From NCBI GenBank assembly GCA_013239625.1, contig MU053365.1, forward strand, positions 1,584,115-1,648,114: DNA of 64,000 nucleotides. The letters are read 5' to 3'. The stretch is from Lama guanicoe. Taxonomy: Eukaryota. The notes under the pieces were generated by a model that saw only the letters and a program-made list of their open reading frames with translations, was not told where the DNA came from and searched no databases. Shown one piece after another: positions 25,593-38,975 of the stretch; within the stretch, counting starts at the first letter, position 1, and every line of letters begins with the position of its first letter. Both the position numbers and the translations under genes were made by a program.

Positions 25593-26849
25593 ATGATCAT
25601 TGTGTTCTTTAAAATAGTTTTATGACTTTTATTATTATAAAAATAATTTAAACTTGTTCCATAAATTATATCACAGTATTTTCTGCAGGAACATGAATTA
25701 TCCGTATTTTGACTTTCCGTCCCCTGTCTTCACCCACTTCTGTTCTCTTCCCTCTTGTCGTATTCTTTTGTCTGTAATACTCCTCTGCATTGTTTGCTTC
25801 TCAGCCTTATTTCCACATGACTGATTCAATTTTTTACAGTGATAATTTTGGTTGATACTAAATCTTGTACAATTTTGAATTCTTTTGTGGCATTTACAGT
25901 GTATCCATGTTTATTGCTTGTCTTATCCAATGTCCTGTGCATCTTGATCTGTTGTCTCATGTCAATTTCTGTCTCTTGCTTATGAAAATATATGCTTTCT
26001 TCTATTTAACTGAGAACCAAGAGCATTATGTTTCTTCTTTATCTTTTATGATATATCTTTTCAAATCTGATGCTCCTCAAACTTTTAGTTCAAAATAAAC
26101 TGAATGAATATGCTTAACTTTTTTCCTCTCCCAATCCATGTTAAAAGGGAATATAACATTCAGAAAAAATATAAGGGATATAAACTAAAGAAAGGTACCC
26201 ACAGGTAGGTAACATTGATTATTTTTTCAGACTAAAGTAGAGAACATAAAAGATTGAGAGGAGAGCAGTGTAGCCCAGAAGTCTTTGAATGATGAGCCGG
26301 CCTAGAGAGTTGGTGAACACAGTACTAGGCAGAACCTGAAACAGCCCAATCTCAGAACAGCAGGGCCTAGAGGAGAGAGCACAGTGTTCGGTAGTTTGTG
26401 GGATCCAAATCCAATACATCAGTGTACTAGTACGAACAGTGGGAGTGAGTATCCAACTCTACCTCTTAGCATTTTCTCGACCTGGACAGCATTTTCTGCT
26501 TCTCTCATAGGTTCTTAACATGAGTTGTCATTTGAGTTAGAGAATGGAAGCACTAGTCCAACTAACCGAAAGCTTCTGAAGAAACAGAAGTTATGCATTC
26601 TGTACACTTTGAGCATTCAGCTTAAATATTGCTTCCCGGCCTGCCAAGGGTCAGGGAAGAGGGCTAGAAGCAAACGTCAGGAACCCTAGTTTAGACTCAG
26701 GGAGAGGAAAACTGAGGTTTCCCCCGTGCCTATTACTCCAGCCTTATCTGGCACCAGTCGTCTACTTGTTCGTTGTGATGAGCTTTTCTGACTGCTTTCA
26801 GTTCCTTTAGAAAACTTAAGCTGTTTCCCAGCTGAGGACCTTTCCAATG

Positions 26850-27197
26850 CTATTCCATCCGGCTGGAGCACTCTTTCCTCCACCTTCATTTCCCTCTCTC
26901 TTAGTCATCATATAAATCTCAACTTCAATGTCACTTACCAAGAAATAGCCTGAATACCCAATCTCAAGTGTGCTCCCCAAATTCAGGATTCTTCTTAATA
27001 TAACTATTTCATTCACTCACAACACTTCCAGTAATTGATAATTATCTGTTTGTGTAGATTTTTGTGAAATGACTGTCTCCTCTACTAGACTTTAAGTTTC
27101 ATGAGGACAGTGGTCATATCTATCTTATCACTCTGTCCCTAGCATACAGTATAATGTCTAGTAGGTACTGAATAAATATGTGTTAAATGAATGAATC
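26850..27197 (+). mobile_element. LINE2 3' end
   Basis: 'tgtctcctctactagactttaagtttcatgaggacag...aataaatatgtgttaaatgaatgaat'. Confidence 0.85.
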
Positions 27198-27379
27198 CTA
27201 AATTCAGCTCAGTGGTAAGGTTCATTGACAAATGTTTGACTCCAATTGTTGCTCTCTTCCTCCTTCCAATAGAAAAGAGGCCCTCAGATTTGGCATATAA
27301 ATAAATTAAATTTGGCAAATAATAAATAATTAATAAAATAATAAATTAAAAATTCCTTTCTCTTCTCAGCTAAACCAAA

Positions 27380-28880
27380 AATGTTGGAGAAGGGTTTCAT
27401 AAAATCTGAGATAGAATCTATAACAAGAAATACCTCCTTGCCCTTAAATTTATTTCCGAGTCTGGTTGATTTCATAGCAAATTATTTCAAATATTTAAAG
27501 GTCTAATAGTACTGATAACTACTTAAACTGTTACAAAACATAAAAAGAGAATGCCAGTATTCTTTAGAAAGTTGGCAAAATGCTGATATTCAAAAAATAG
27601 CAGACAAGAAAATCCCAGAAGATTTAAATATATAAACCCTAAATAAAATATTAATAAGAGAATCCATTGGTGCATTAAGAGATTAATTTACTGCAGCTAA
27701 ACAAGATTTATCCAGAATGTAGGGATTAGCTGATACTGGGAAAATATTAAGGTATTTATGTAATTCACCATATTATTAGGTCAATTTTGATTCTTCTCAT
27801 TGTTGATGACATAGGAATAGATGGATGCTTCCTTAATATGCTCCATTGGGAAATACTGAAAAAATGCTCATTAAAATCAGAAATGAGGCAATGTTGCGAA
27901 CTGTCATGCTTTCCTGAAAGTTCTAAAAGTACTAGTCAATGAAAATACCAAATAGACAAGAGAATAAAATAACAGGTAAACATATTAGGAAAGAGAGCAG
28001 AAAATAAGCATCATAAACAGATAATAAGACTATAGACTAGGTAATCCAAAATCTAAGTCAACTGAAAACCTGCTACAGACCAAAGGAAAATTTAGTATGT
28101 TGGTTGATCACAAAGTTAATACACAAAAATCAGTAACTTTCCTACATGCAAATAGTAACTATTTAGAAAATACAATGGAAAGACAGATTCTCTTTCCTAC
28201 AGCAGCAAAGTGATAAAATAAAAAGAATAGTATTAACACAAATTAAACAAAAAGAACCTATAGAAAACTGCAGCTAGCAATGGATTTGCAAATAAAAAAT
28301 TGGTGAAAATAAAACAAAATCACTTGGAAATTTTGAAGCTCTTTTTACATAACTCTTGGAATAAAGCAGTAACCCAAACTTTAACCTTTGACTTTATAGG
28401 GAATCACAGGAATTAATCACACTGCAGTTTAAACCATAGAGAATGTGAAAAATTCCATAGTTAGAGAAAAATCAATAGCTTTAAATGTTCTTATTTTAAT
28501 ACAAGAAGACTTGAAAATAAATGAAGCATTCAATTCAGGAAGCTAGGGAAAAAAATAAATTTAAGGATAGCAAAAAGTAAGATTTGAAAAAGATACCAGA
28601 GCAATTCGTTAAATTGAATTACCAATAGAATAAAAGTGTGAGATTACTAAATAAAAGGACCTGGGTTTTGAAAATAGCAATGAAAGACAAATTAATGAAT
28701 AAGTTTAAAGAAGCAATAAAAATGAAAGAGTGGAGATACATAAGATCCAATATTTTTAAAGGTTGGTATTGTAACCAGATAAAATATGATAATAAGTATG
28801 TACTATTTTACAGTAATAAATTTGAAAGCTCTGATTAAAAGGGTTATTTTCTCCACACATATATATTGCCAAAAATGGTA
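27380..28880 (+). mobile_element. Old L1M ORF2 relics (at least two pieces)
   Basis: A-rich sense L1-like tracts such as 'taatacacaaaaatcagtaactttcctacatgc' and 'agagaaaaatcaatagctttaaatg'. Confidence 0.7.
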
Positions 28881-30022
28881 TAGGAGACTTTCAGCCAAGG
28901 TTATTCTATAAATAAGTCCATGCTTTTGGTTTCTCCCCTGCTTCAAATCCATATTCCTATAAAAATATTTTTATGGAATCATACGTTTAAAAATGTATCA
29001 CTTTTTAGAATGACATGATGTAAATTGAATATAAAAATAGTTCAATGGAATGTAACTGCTATTATAGATTAAATATCTTGATTTAAGAACTAATAAAAAC
29101 CAGAAAGTTTCTCTTGATGACATTAAAAGTCTAAATAAACAGGGACAAACTGTTTAGATGTAAAATTTTAACTGCAAAGTAGAAGGCAGTAACAAGGTGC
29201 TCACAATATATGCTTTTAAAAACTACCGACCATGCAAATTTTATTCTCCTAATATCTCTAGAGAGATATTCCCTGTTTTTGAATTGTGCAAAGTATCTTT
29301 TTCTCTTGAGTTTTCCATCTTGTAATAGAGATTAGGCACATTCTGTTGGCCCATTTTATCACTTACAGGATGTATACTTTTATTTTTCTTTGCTGTTTCC
29401 CTACTACATGAGCCCTGCTGTGAATGGGCATACAGTCTTTGGAGTTTATGGTCTGAGCAGTTGGATTAGTCATATTAACTTAGGCTCCAAGAGAGTAGTT
29501 TTATTGTTGCTAATAAATATTCTGGGTTCTAGGTCTCAGGCCTGAGGAGCTTCTCTTCACGGGTGTTTTCCTTGAGCTCTGTTCCTTTATGTCATCAAAG
29601 AAGCCTGTCTCTTTATTTCCAAGTTTTCTTTTATCTTCTTTCTCAAATTCTGCCTTGTACACACACGGCAAGTCTTAAAAGTTATTCTTGAATCAAAATA
29701 ATTGGGAAGGCTTCTCTTTCCTATTATTTTTCTTATTTGAGTACATGTTTTAGGAACCTACAACTAATCACAAAATAATAAAAATAGACCAATCCCAAAT
29801 TTCTAGGAGAACTGACCCAGTCTTTAATGTTTTCTCTTCTCAGCACCTCCCTCTCCAGACACGTGTAAAGGCTATTTGCATGGACGTAGGAAATGAAAGA
29901 ATTATGTTTGTTGTCACCATCATCCATGCAATATCAACATATCTCTTCAAATATATGTGTACTTTTACTTCATATAATGTCCTAATTAGTAGGAAAAATT
30001 CATAAGCATTTAATAGAGACTG

Positions 30023-30637
30023 TGTGGTAGACAAATAATGTCTCCTCAAATATGTCCACACTTAATCCCTGGAGCCTATAAATGTGTTAACTTACGTGAC
30101 AAAAGGAACTTCGTGTATGTGGAATCATACATATGTATAATTTATTGAACAGATGTAATTAAGGTTATGGATTTTAAGATAGATTACCCAGATTATCCAT
30201 GCGGGCCCAGTCTTACTCCCATGAGCCCTTATAAGGAGAGAACGTTCTCCCACTGGTGACAGAAGAGATGAAACAGAAGGAAAAGTCAGAGAGATTCTAA
30301 ATATGAGGACTTGATCCACTTTGAAGATGGTGGAAAAGGACACAAGCCAAGGTTTGTGGTTGGTCTTGAGAAGCTGAGAATGGCCCCCAGGCAACAGAGA
30401 GCATTGAATCAGTGACCTCAGTTCCACAAGCACAAGCAAGTTGGATTTTGCCAACAGCCTCCATGCACGTGGAAGCAGAATCTTTCCCCGGGCCCCAAGT
30501 AGGAAACACAGGTCTGCTGACACCTCCATTTTAGCTCAGTGAGACCCAAGTCAAACTTCCACCTCGCAGAACTACGATATAATAACTGGATGTCGGTTTA
30601 AGGTAATTTGTTACAGCAGCAATAGAAAATTAATCTC
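30023..30637 (+). mobile_element. MaLR LTR (MLT1D-like)
   Basis: Starts 'tgtggtagacaaataatg...ttaatccctgga' and ends 'aatttgttacagcagcaatagaaaattaat'. Confidence 0.9.
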
Positions 30638-31489
30638 TGCAGCGTCCCATAACAATTCTACAAAAAACAACCATGAAAAGCATGTTCAGTGCTTCTGGAC
30701 TGAAAAAGAGATGGTAAGATCTGCTCTTCTGGAGTCATTTGTGATGCCATTGCACCAGCAGAAAGGCAGGGAAGTGGGGCTCTCAGCTACAGGACACAAG
30801 TGAGAGAGCATTTTAGAGTTTACTGGCACCTCATTTACAACATGTACTCAGAAAAAGAGTATATTTAGTGCTGTTCTTGCCTCAGAGCCAGATATTTAGA
30901 ATATTTAATGTTAGCTCTTATAATTATGATGTTCTCACTTTGAGTCATTGGATTAGTTTACAATTTGCTACAATTTAGAATTAGCAACACATTATGTTTG
31001 CTATCTTTTCTGGTTCTCACTATAACTTTGGGAGAGAGATGGGAGAGATCAGATGGATAGGATAAATGTTTTGTAGAGGGTCACAGAAATAGTAACTGTC
31101 AGAGTAAGGATTTAAATTGCCTTCTGAGACCGTCAGTGGCCTCTGTTCTCCTTTACAGAAGAGCTGACAGGCGCTAGACAAGGCTGCCTGGCTTTCTCGG
31201 TAATCTAGGTTGAGCAGTTTGCTTTTTTCCCCTCCTTTTCTTTTTCAGACTTTATCCATTAATCTTTGTATCAATTAATTTAATTACAGCTTGAATCCCT
31301 TCCCAAATGCATGGCTCCACATTTTCTGAAGGGAAAAACGGAAAAGGGATTGAAGTGTTCTTTGCCAAATTTTCTGAAATTAGTAACAAAAGTGCATTTA
31401 ACATTTTGTCACTAAAAAAGTTCTCTAAAGGAAAGTGCTCCTCCTCAAATACCACTCTAAATATTTTGGGGGTCTTAATGTTTGTATTA

Positions 31490-32230
31490 TTTGCTGTTAG
31501 ATACATGTGCTTTCTAGGATGAAGCATTAGAGAGTATATCTGTACCAGAGTCCTAGTTTATACTGGGATGTCAAGGAGAGTTTCTTGATCAAGTGACCAT
31601 TAGGGTGAGATGTGAAGGATGAATAGAAGTTAGTCAAGTGAGAAATAGAAGAAAAGGAAGCAAGCCAGTGGCCTTGGGCATAGTGACTGAAGCGCAAGTC
31701 AGAATCTGAGCATAAGACTGGCACTAGGACATATATATAGGGTCTTACTGACTGTGTTACAGACTTTAGATTTTATCCTGAGAACAGTCACTCATTGAAG
31801 GGTTTTAAGCCAGGAAATGATACAGTTCAATCTGTTTTTAAAAGGTTCCTCTGGCTATTATGTGAATGATGCTTTGCAAGAAGACTTGAGAAATCAAGGA
31901 TGCCACTTGGGTTTTTGGACGAGACCACTAGGGACATCAGAGATAGCATTAGTTTTTGGCTTCAGCAACTGGATAGCTAGATGTGTATGAGGAAGATGGG
32001 AAGAGAAGCAGGATGGGCAGAGAAAGTCGAGAGTCATGAGTCTGAAAAGTTTGAGATATCTGTAAGGCTTCTATGTAGAAATGCCGGGTAAACACTTGCA
32101 TATGGAGAGTAGCATTCTAGGCTAGAGGGAAAAATTGAGGATCATATGTAAACAGGTTGTACCAGACAGTTCAGGCATGAAGGAGAAAGGCTAGGTAGAG
32201 AATATAAAGTGAGAAGAGAAGGCCTATGGG
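31490..32230 (-). mobile_element. LINE2 fragment
   Basis: 'cattgaagggttttaagccaggaaatgatacag' and 'tttttggcttcagcaactggatag'. Confidence 0.8.
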
Positions 32231-32264
32231 GGAAGGTAACTCCACACTAAAGAAAGATAGGTTG

Positions 32265-32590
32265 GCAATCTCTTATAAGCAATTCTGAAATCATCAAAGC
32301 CATGAAAATATATTTTAAAAACTTAATTGTCGGTAAAACTTGAACTGATCCTAACTTATGTGATGACAAAACCCAGCTGGCTACTTATGTGAGCCTTTTT
32401 ATGGCCTATTTGTCCAACATGTAAACATTTAAATGTGGATGTGTTCGATTAGAGGTTGTTGCTCGAAACCCCACTAGGGTATTAGGTAATATGTAATATG
32501 TGATATATACTCTGTGTTACTTCCTAAAATCTAATACTCAGTTTCTGTACAACATCTTGTCCTAAGTGTTTTGGATAAGTACCTATAGCA
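32265..32590. mobile_element. Probable ancient Tigger-like DNA transposon
   Basis: Decayed inverted ends 'caatctcttataagcaattctgaaatc' and 'gttttggataagtacct'; family not identified with certainty. Confidence 0.45.
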
Positions 32591-33045
32591 TGTGCTAAGG
32601 CACAGAAAGAAAAAAGAACAGAGCATGTGCCTGGGATAAAATGTGAAATGGTGTTAAAAGAGGCTGAAAATATAGGAAGAGGAAAGGCCATGAAGGTCTT
32701 TGTACATCATATTAAGAATGTGATTTTTAGATTAAACCCAATGATACTATTGTTTTACTTTTTTACAGATAACATTTTTATTCTTATTTTATAAACAGTG
32801 AACCTGAGATTCACGCAAGATAATTAACTTGCCCAAAGCCACGTGGCTAGTAAGTAGCTGGGTTTCTCACCCAGGCCAAATAATTCTAGAGACCCCATTC
32901 TTAACTACAGCACTGTAGTGCATAATAACCACTGTGGAGTGGCAAATATTTTATCTATTCTGAATAGCGTATTTGTGTTTTTATACAAATATATATTTGC
33001 TTACTGTTTTTTAAAATTTATTGAGGTATAATTGACAAACAGCAA

Positions 33046-33309
33046 ACTTAAATAAACAATATATCCTTATACCTAATGGAACTAGAAAATGAAGAACAAA
33101 CAAAACCCAAATTTAGTAAAAGGAAAGAAATCATAAAGATCAGAGTGGAAATAAATGAAATAGAGCCAAAAAAATAGAAAAGATCAATGAAACAAAGATT
33201 AGGTTCTTTGAAAAGATAAACAAAGTTGATAAAACTTTAGCCAGACTCATCAAGAAAAAAAGAAGGGCCTAAATCAATAAAATTAGGAATGAAAGAAAAG
33301 TTACAACTC
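33046..33309 (+). mobile_element. L1 ORF2 internal fragment (region following the endonuclease domain), abruptly truncated
   Basis: Reads ELENEEQTKPKFSKRKEIIKIRVEINEIE, then after a frameshift FFEKINKVDKTLARLIKKK. No 3'UTR or poly-A follows. An antisense old L1 3' tip lies at 33005-33045. Confidence 0.9.
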
Positions 33310-34042
33310 AGCTCCAAACAGCCTCGTGCGGCCGGGCGGCTGGCACCTCTCAGGGAGAGTCCCTATCCAAGACCCCTGGAGTGGAATGAGCTCTGGCAGC
33401 TGCTGGGGACTCAGTGGAGCCTCTGCCTCCGGCTGGGCACAGACTTCTAGGCTGGCTCTTCAGAACTGTTACTGAGCAAAAGTTCGTGTGCCCGACACAC
33501 AGTGAGACCAAACAAACGAAAAACGTCAGAGTTTGGAGCAGAGAAAGACGTGTTGCAGGGCCAAGCAAGGAAGAGGGATGGCTTGTGTTCAAAAGTCCCA
33601 AACTCCTCAGTGATTTGGGGGGAAAATTTTTTATAGGCATAATTTGGGATGGGGGCAGCAGGGCGTGTGGCTTTCTTCTGGTTGGTTGGTGGTGAGGCAA
33701 CAGGGCTGTGCTCTAGGAATCTTGTGCTCAGCCTGAAGTTTCCATCCTCCACCTGGGTGGGGGCCCTAGTTCCTGCAGAAGAGCTCAAAAATATTGTTAT
33801 GTATATGCCTCGAAGAAGAACCAGGCCCCTGCAAGGCTGCACTATTGTTTCTTAACTGTTCCTCCCTGGTTTCTGCATTCCCTTCTCTGATCAGCAACTG
33901 ACTGAATCTGCCCTTTGGAACTCAGGGAAGGCTGGGGGAAGAGGGCGGGGTGCTGAATGAGGCCTATTTCCTACAAACAAGAAAAGGGGACACAGAAAGG
34001 ATTTGTACTTGGGAGGGTCCCACAGGGTCCTGCTCCTTTTCA
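33310..34042 (-). mobile_element. ERV1 LTR (33467-34042) with a degenerate tRNA-Arg primer-binding site and about 150 bp of leader
   Basis: TG...CA bounded LTR. On the minus strand its end 'cagtaaca' is followed by 'gttc TGAAGAGCCAGCCTAGAAG', similar to TGGCGAGCCAGCCAGGAG (complement of the tRNA-Arg(ACG) 3' end). The leader is GC- and CpG-rich. Confidence 0.75.
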
Positions 34043-35709
34043 AAATCATTCAGTTTTTTCCACTAATTTTGATGTTAGATATTGCTATAGTTTTTTCATA
34101 GACGCCCTTTATTGAATTAAGTCCTCACTATTCTCATATTGCTGAGTGATTTTATTTTTAATCATGAATGGGTGCATCTATTAACATGATCACAGTGCTC
34201 TCCTTTATCCTGTTAATATAGTTAATTTACATTGACGAACTGTTGAATGTTAAGCTCATCTTGCCTTATTGGGATAAAACATACTTAGTCATGTTGCGTT
34301 ACATTACATTTTTATATATTGCATTTTATTTGCACCTATTCATAATGGTCTTTGGTCCATCAAAGACAATGTCTTTGTCTGGTTTTGGTGACACACTTGT
34401 GCTGGCTTAATGAAATGTTTTGATTTTCATCCTCCTCTATTTTCTGTAAAGATTTCTGTGTAAGATTTCTTCCTTGAATGTTTGGTAGAATTTACAAGTG
34501 ATACCATCTGGGCCTGGAATTTTGTGTGAAACTTGATAACAAGCTATATTTCTTTACTAAATACATTTAGATTTTCTATTCTTAAGTCATTTTCCGAGTT
34601 TTGAATATTTCAAGTAATTTGTGTACTTACCAATATTTTCATTTTCTGGTATAAAATTATTTATAATTTTATCTTGTTTTAGTTTTGATCTTTTAGGATC
34701 TATAGATATAAATCTCATTTTATTTTTGATATTCATTATTTATATTTTTTTTCTTTATTTCTTCATCAGTCCAGCTATGGGGTTTGTCATTTTTGTTGCT
34801 TTTTTAAAAAGTACAAGCTTTTGATTGTATTAATTTTCTCCATTGTTTGTCTGTTTTCTGTTATGCTAATTTATTCTCTTTATTATTTCTTCCTTCCTAC
34901 TTGTTTTAGGTTTACTTTCCTCTTTTTTGTTTAAACTAGTGTCTTAATGTAAAATATCTTTTCATTGATTTTAGATATTTCTTCTTTCCAATGCAAGCAT
35001 TTAAGTTTCTAAGTACCACCTCTAAGCACTCTTTAGCTGTATTCCAAAAAGTTTGATGTGTGTTATTTTTATTATCATTTAGCTCAAAATGTTTTTGAAT
35101 TTTTCTGTGACTTCTTGCTTCACTCATAAATTATTTAGATGTATGTTGTTTAATGTTGAAATATTTGGGATTTTGTTGGTATTATTTTGGAATGATAATT
35201 TAATTCTATTACTGCTGTAGAATACACTCTGTTATGTGTTGATCCTTTTAACTTTATTGATATTTGCTTTATGGCCAGCATTTGGTCCCTTTTGGTAAAT
35301 GTACAATGTGAATACAAAATAATGTGCATTCTGCATTTGTTAGGTATAATGCTGTATGCATAGCAAGTAGTTAAGTGATTGATGTTGTTAAATCTTCTAT
35401 TTCGTGTGTGTGATTTTTCTATCAACTGTTGAGAGAAAGGTGTTGAAATCTTCTACTATGATTCTGTTAATGTTTATTTCTTCCTTTAATTCTGTTAATT
35501 TTTGGTTCATCTATTTTGAGAATAATTTTGTTATATTATTTACATGCCACAATAAGTGTTAAGTCTTCCTAATGAATTTTCCCTGTTACCATTATGAAAA
35601 GTTCCTCTTTATCTCTGATAGCACTATTTTTCATAAAACCTATTTTACTATTTTATCTGATAATAATGTAGTCACTCTAGACTTGTTAAGCTTACTACTT
35701 GCATGGTAA

Positions 35710-36050
35710 AATCAGCCCTCTGTATCTATAGGTTTCATATACTTAGATTCAACCAAATACAGATCAAAAATATCAAAAATAATTCCAGAAAGTTCCAAAA
35801 AGCAAAACTTGAATTTGCCACATGCTTACAACTATTTATGTAGCACTATATTGTATTTACAACTATTTACATAACATTCACATTGTGTTGGGCATTATAA
35901 ATAATCTAGAGATGATTTAAAGTACACAGGAAGATGCATATATCGTATATGCAAATACTTTGCCATTTCATATAAGGTACTTGAACATCCCTTGATTTTG
36001 GTATTGGGGGATCCTGGAACCAGTCCCTCATGGATATAAAGGGACAACTC
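35710..36050. mobile_element. MER2/Tigger-type non-autonomous DNA transposon
   Basis: 'cagccctctgtatctataggtt...aagttccaaaaagcaaaacttgaatttgcc...ggatcctggaaccagtccctcatggatataaagggacaact'. Confidence 0.85.
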
Positions 36051-36148
36051 TATATGTTTTTCTCCTCATTCACTTTCAACCTACCTGTGTCTTTGCATTT
36101 AAAGAGTATCTCTTATAGTCAGAATGTAGATATTTCTTGCTTTTATAT

Positions 36149-36683
36149 TGAGGGGAGCAAAATTACCACCCGAAATTGTGTCTCTTTGGCATGAGGATTA
36201 TCTTAGGCTGGTTGTTTTTCAGAAACAGAAGACTCAGGAAGTCTTTCTTTTTACCTTCTTCTGAATTGTATTTAAAAAATTTTATATTAAAAGGCCTGGT
36301 CCTGGAAATGCATTATCACGAGATTTGCAAAGAATATGGGCTAAGTGTGATGAAAAAACTCAGCAGGGCTTGGAGACCAAAGTCTTCTCCCATTGTTTCT
36401 GCATGGCATAGCAAATGTTTGTTTACCAAACATTTGTTTTTCCATCTCCAAATGAATTTCCTTCCTCCCTTTTGAAGTCTCAAACTACTATCTCCTTCTT
36501 CTCTCAGATGACATGTAAGCCTCAATTGCCTAACTTGTCCCTTATTCTCATTTTTCTTATAGGACCCGCGTACATGCATAATTAAGTTTGATTTTCTCCT
36601 GTTAAATCTGTCTTATGTCAATTTAATTCTTAGGCCAGCCAGAAGAACCTAGAAAGGATAGAGGGAAATGTTTTCTTTCTACA
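36149..36683 (+). mobile_element. ERV1 solo LTR, MER34-like
   Basis: TG...CA; 'ccacccgaaattgtgtctctttggcatgaggattat'. Flanks atat / acat are a 4-bp TSD with one mismatch. Confidence 0.85.
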
Positions 36684-37650
36684 ACATCAATCTCTACCTT
36701 TTAATGGGAGCATTAAAAACTATCATTTAATTAATTATTTGTGTGTTTGGATTTTAAACTACCATTTTATTATTTTTTTTATGTTTGTCATCTCTATTTT
36801 TCCTCTTAATGCTTTCCTCTCAAATTTCAGATGATTAAAATAATTTTGCATTTAATTTCATTTCATCTATTATTTGGGTCTTATATTTCTTTATATTTTT
36901 AACTGGTTGCTCTAGGAATTGCCATATTTATTCCTAACTTCTTATAGTTTAACTAGAGTTTAATATCATACTACTTCACATAAAATATAGAAACTTTCAA
37001 CTAGCATTACTCTTTACCCCTCCTTCTTGCTGTCTTTTGTGTCATAGCTGTCATATACATGATATATATGAAAACCTCATGAGACAGTGTTACTATTTTT
37101 AAAGACTTTAAATGAATTTAAGATAAGATCAATATTTTACATTTACCCAGATATCCATCTCCAACATCTCCATTCAGTCGTGAAATTCCATATTTTTCTC
37201 AGGTATTATTTTTTTTCAGCCAGTACTTCCTTTAGCATTTCATGGAATGTGGGTCTGCTAATAACATTTTGATTTAGTTTTCTATTGTATGATTTTTAAG
37301 AATTTTTGTTCCTGTAGAATATTTTCACTAGATATAGAATTCTGGGTTGACAGTTTTTCTTTTTTCCTTCTTTCATTACATTAGAAATATTGCTGTACTC
37401 TCTTCTGATTTATATTGTTCTGATGAGAAGTCCTCAGGTCATTTGAATCATTGATTCCTTTATGTAAAGTGTTATTTTTCTATGTCTTTTTTTCAGATTT
37501 TTCTCTTGATTGTCTTACTTTAGCGCATCACTTACGATGTATCTAGGTATGGTGTTCTTTGAATTTATTGTGTTTGGGGATTGCTGGTCATGATTCTGTA
37601 AGTTTGTCTTTCACTAGATTTTGGAAAATTTCAGCCATTATTTCTACAAA

Positions 37651-37778
37651 TTTTTTTTGTAGTGGGGGAGGTAATTAGTTTGTTATTTATTAATTTTTTT
37701 AATGGAGGTACTGGGAATTGAATCCAGGACCTCATACATGCTAAGCACGCACTCTACGACTGAGCTACATCTCTCCTC
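37651..37778 (-). mobile_element. Camelid tRNA-derived SINE (Vic-1 type)
   Basis: Minus strand 'gtagctcagtcgtagagtgcgtgcttagcatgtatgaggtcctggattcaattcccagtacctcc' carries A and B boxes. TSD tatttctacaaa (37639-37650) / tatttctccaaa (37779-37790). Confidence 0.92.
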
Positions 37779-38540
37779 TATTTCTCCAAACATTTTTAAT
37801 ACCATATTCTCTCTTTCTATAATCCTAGGAATCAAATTAGATATATGATAGACATATTGTCCTAGGCTATCCTCAGGGATAGCCCAGGGATCCTCAAGTC
37901 CTTAAGGCTCTGTTTTTTTAAATGTATCTATTTTTTTTTCTCTGTTTCTCAGATTGGATAATTACTATTATCTGTCTTCAAGGGCTGTGGCCCTTTTCTT
38001 TGTCATCTCTGTTATTCTGATATTGAATTCAATTCACCTAGTGAAATTTTTGTTTAAAATATTGCAGTCTTCAATTCTAAAATTGCCATTTGGTTATTTT
38101 TTATACTTTTTCTTTAATTACTGTTGTTTCCTATTTGTATTCTTTTTGTGTATTCTTTTTTTTTAACCTCATTGAACATAGTTATAATAGCTACATTAAA
38201 ATCTTTGTTTAATAATTCTAATATCTTTGACATTTTAGGATTCACCTTTCGTGCTTTTTTTCCTTGCAAAAGGGTTTCATTTTCCTAGTTATTACTATGA
38301 TGTGTTATTTTGAGTTTTATTCTGCACAGTGTAAATGTGATATTATTTAGACTCTCTGAAGATGATTGACACATTTGGTTTGGTGTCAGTTAATCTAGTT
38401 AGATTCCAACTAAGTTCTGCCTTGTCTTCTGTGGACTGTGGTTCAAATGTCAGTTTGGTTCTTTAAGCCTTCCTCGTGCTGCTTTGAATCAGTCTTGCAA
38501 ATGCATCATTCAGGGTTTAGTCTGAGACATGAACACTGTG

Positions 38541-38975
38541 TGTACTAAGAATATCACCTGCCATATCAGTAAACAAAGGATGCTGGGGCCATCAAGTCTG
38601 CAGGCACTGCAGCCACCTCCAACAGCTCACCCTGAGGGGATTCAGGATGGAGAAAAACAGGATGCTGGCCCTAGGTACTTAAGGTGCATATCAAAGGAAT
38701 GATTTCGGTGAGCCCAGGCTCTTGCATCTTCCCTTACATAGAAAAGCATTAAATTCTTTAGTTTGAGATGTCTGGTTTTATTTAATTAACAATAATCTTT
38801 TGATGTTCTGAATACCTGGTTTTTGTTGAAAAAATTCTTATATATCCTGGGTCCTCCCTTACCTCTTCAGAGTGAGCTGAGAGGCTGCCCCCTGGGCTTG
38901 AGTCCTCAGAAAGTCCACTGAATAAAACAAAATTCTCAACTTTGAGGTTGTGCTATTTTGTTTTTTCAGTAGACA
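38541..38975 (+). mobile_element. ERV1-type solo LTR (cetartiodactyl-type family)
   Basis: TG...CA, TATA-like 'cttatatatcc', AATAAA at 38921 followed by a T-rich U5 ending 'cagtagaca'. Confidence 0.8.

Noticed and set aside
30125..30529. Longest ORF in the track (134 aa)
   Set aside because: It lies antisense within an MLT1D-like LTR and has no recognisable domain.
33350..33855. Four overlapping ORFs and a CpG-rich patch suggesting a gene or CpG island
   Set aside because: Explained by GC-rich ERV LTR and leader sequence; too short for a CpG-island promoter.
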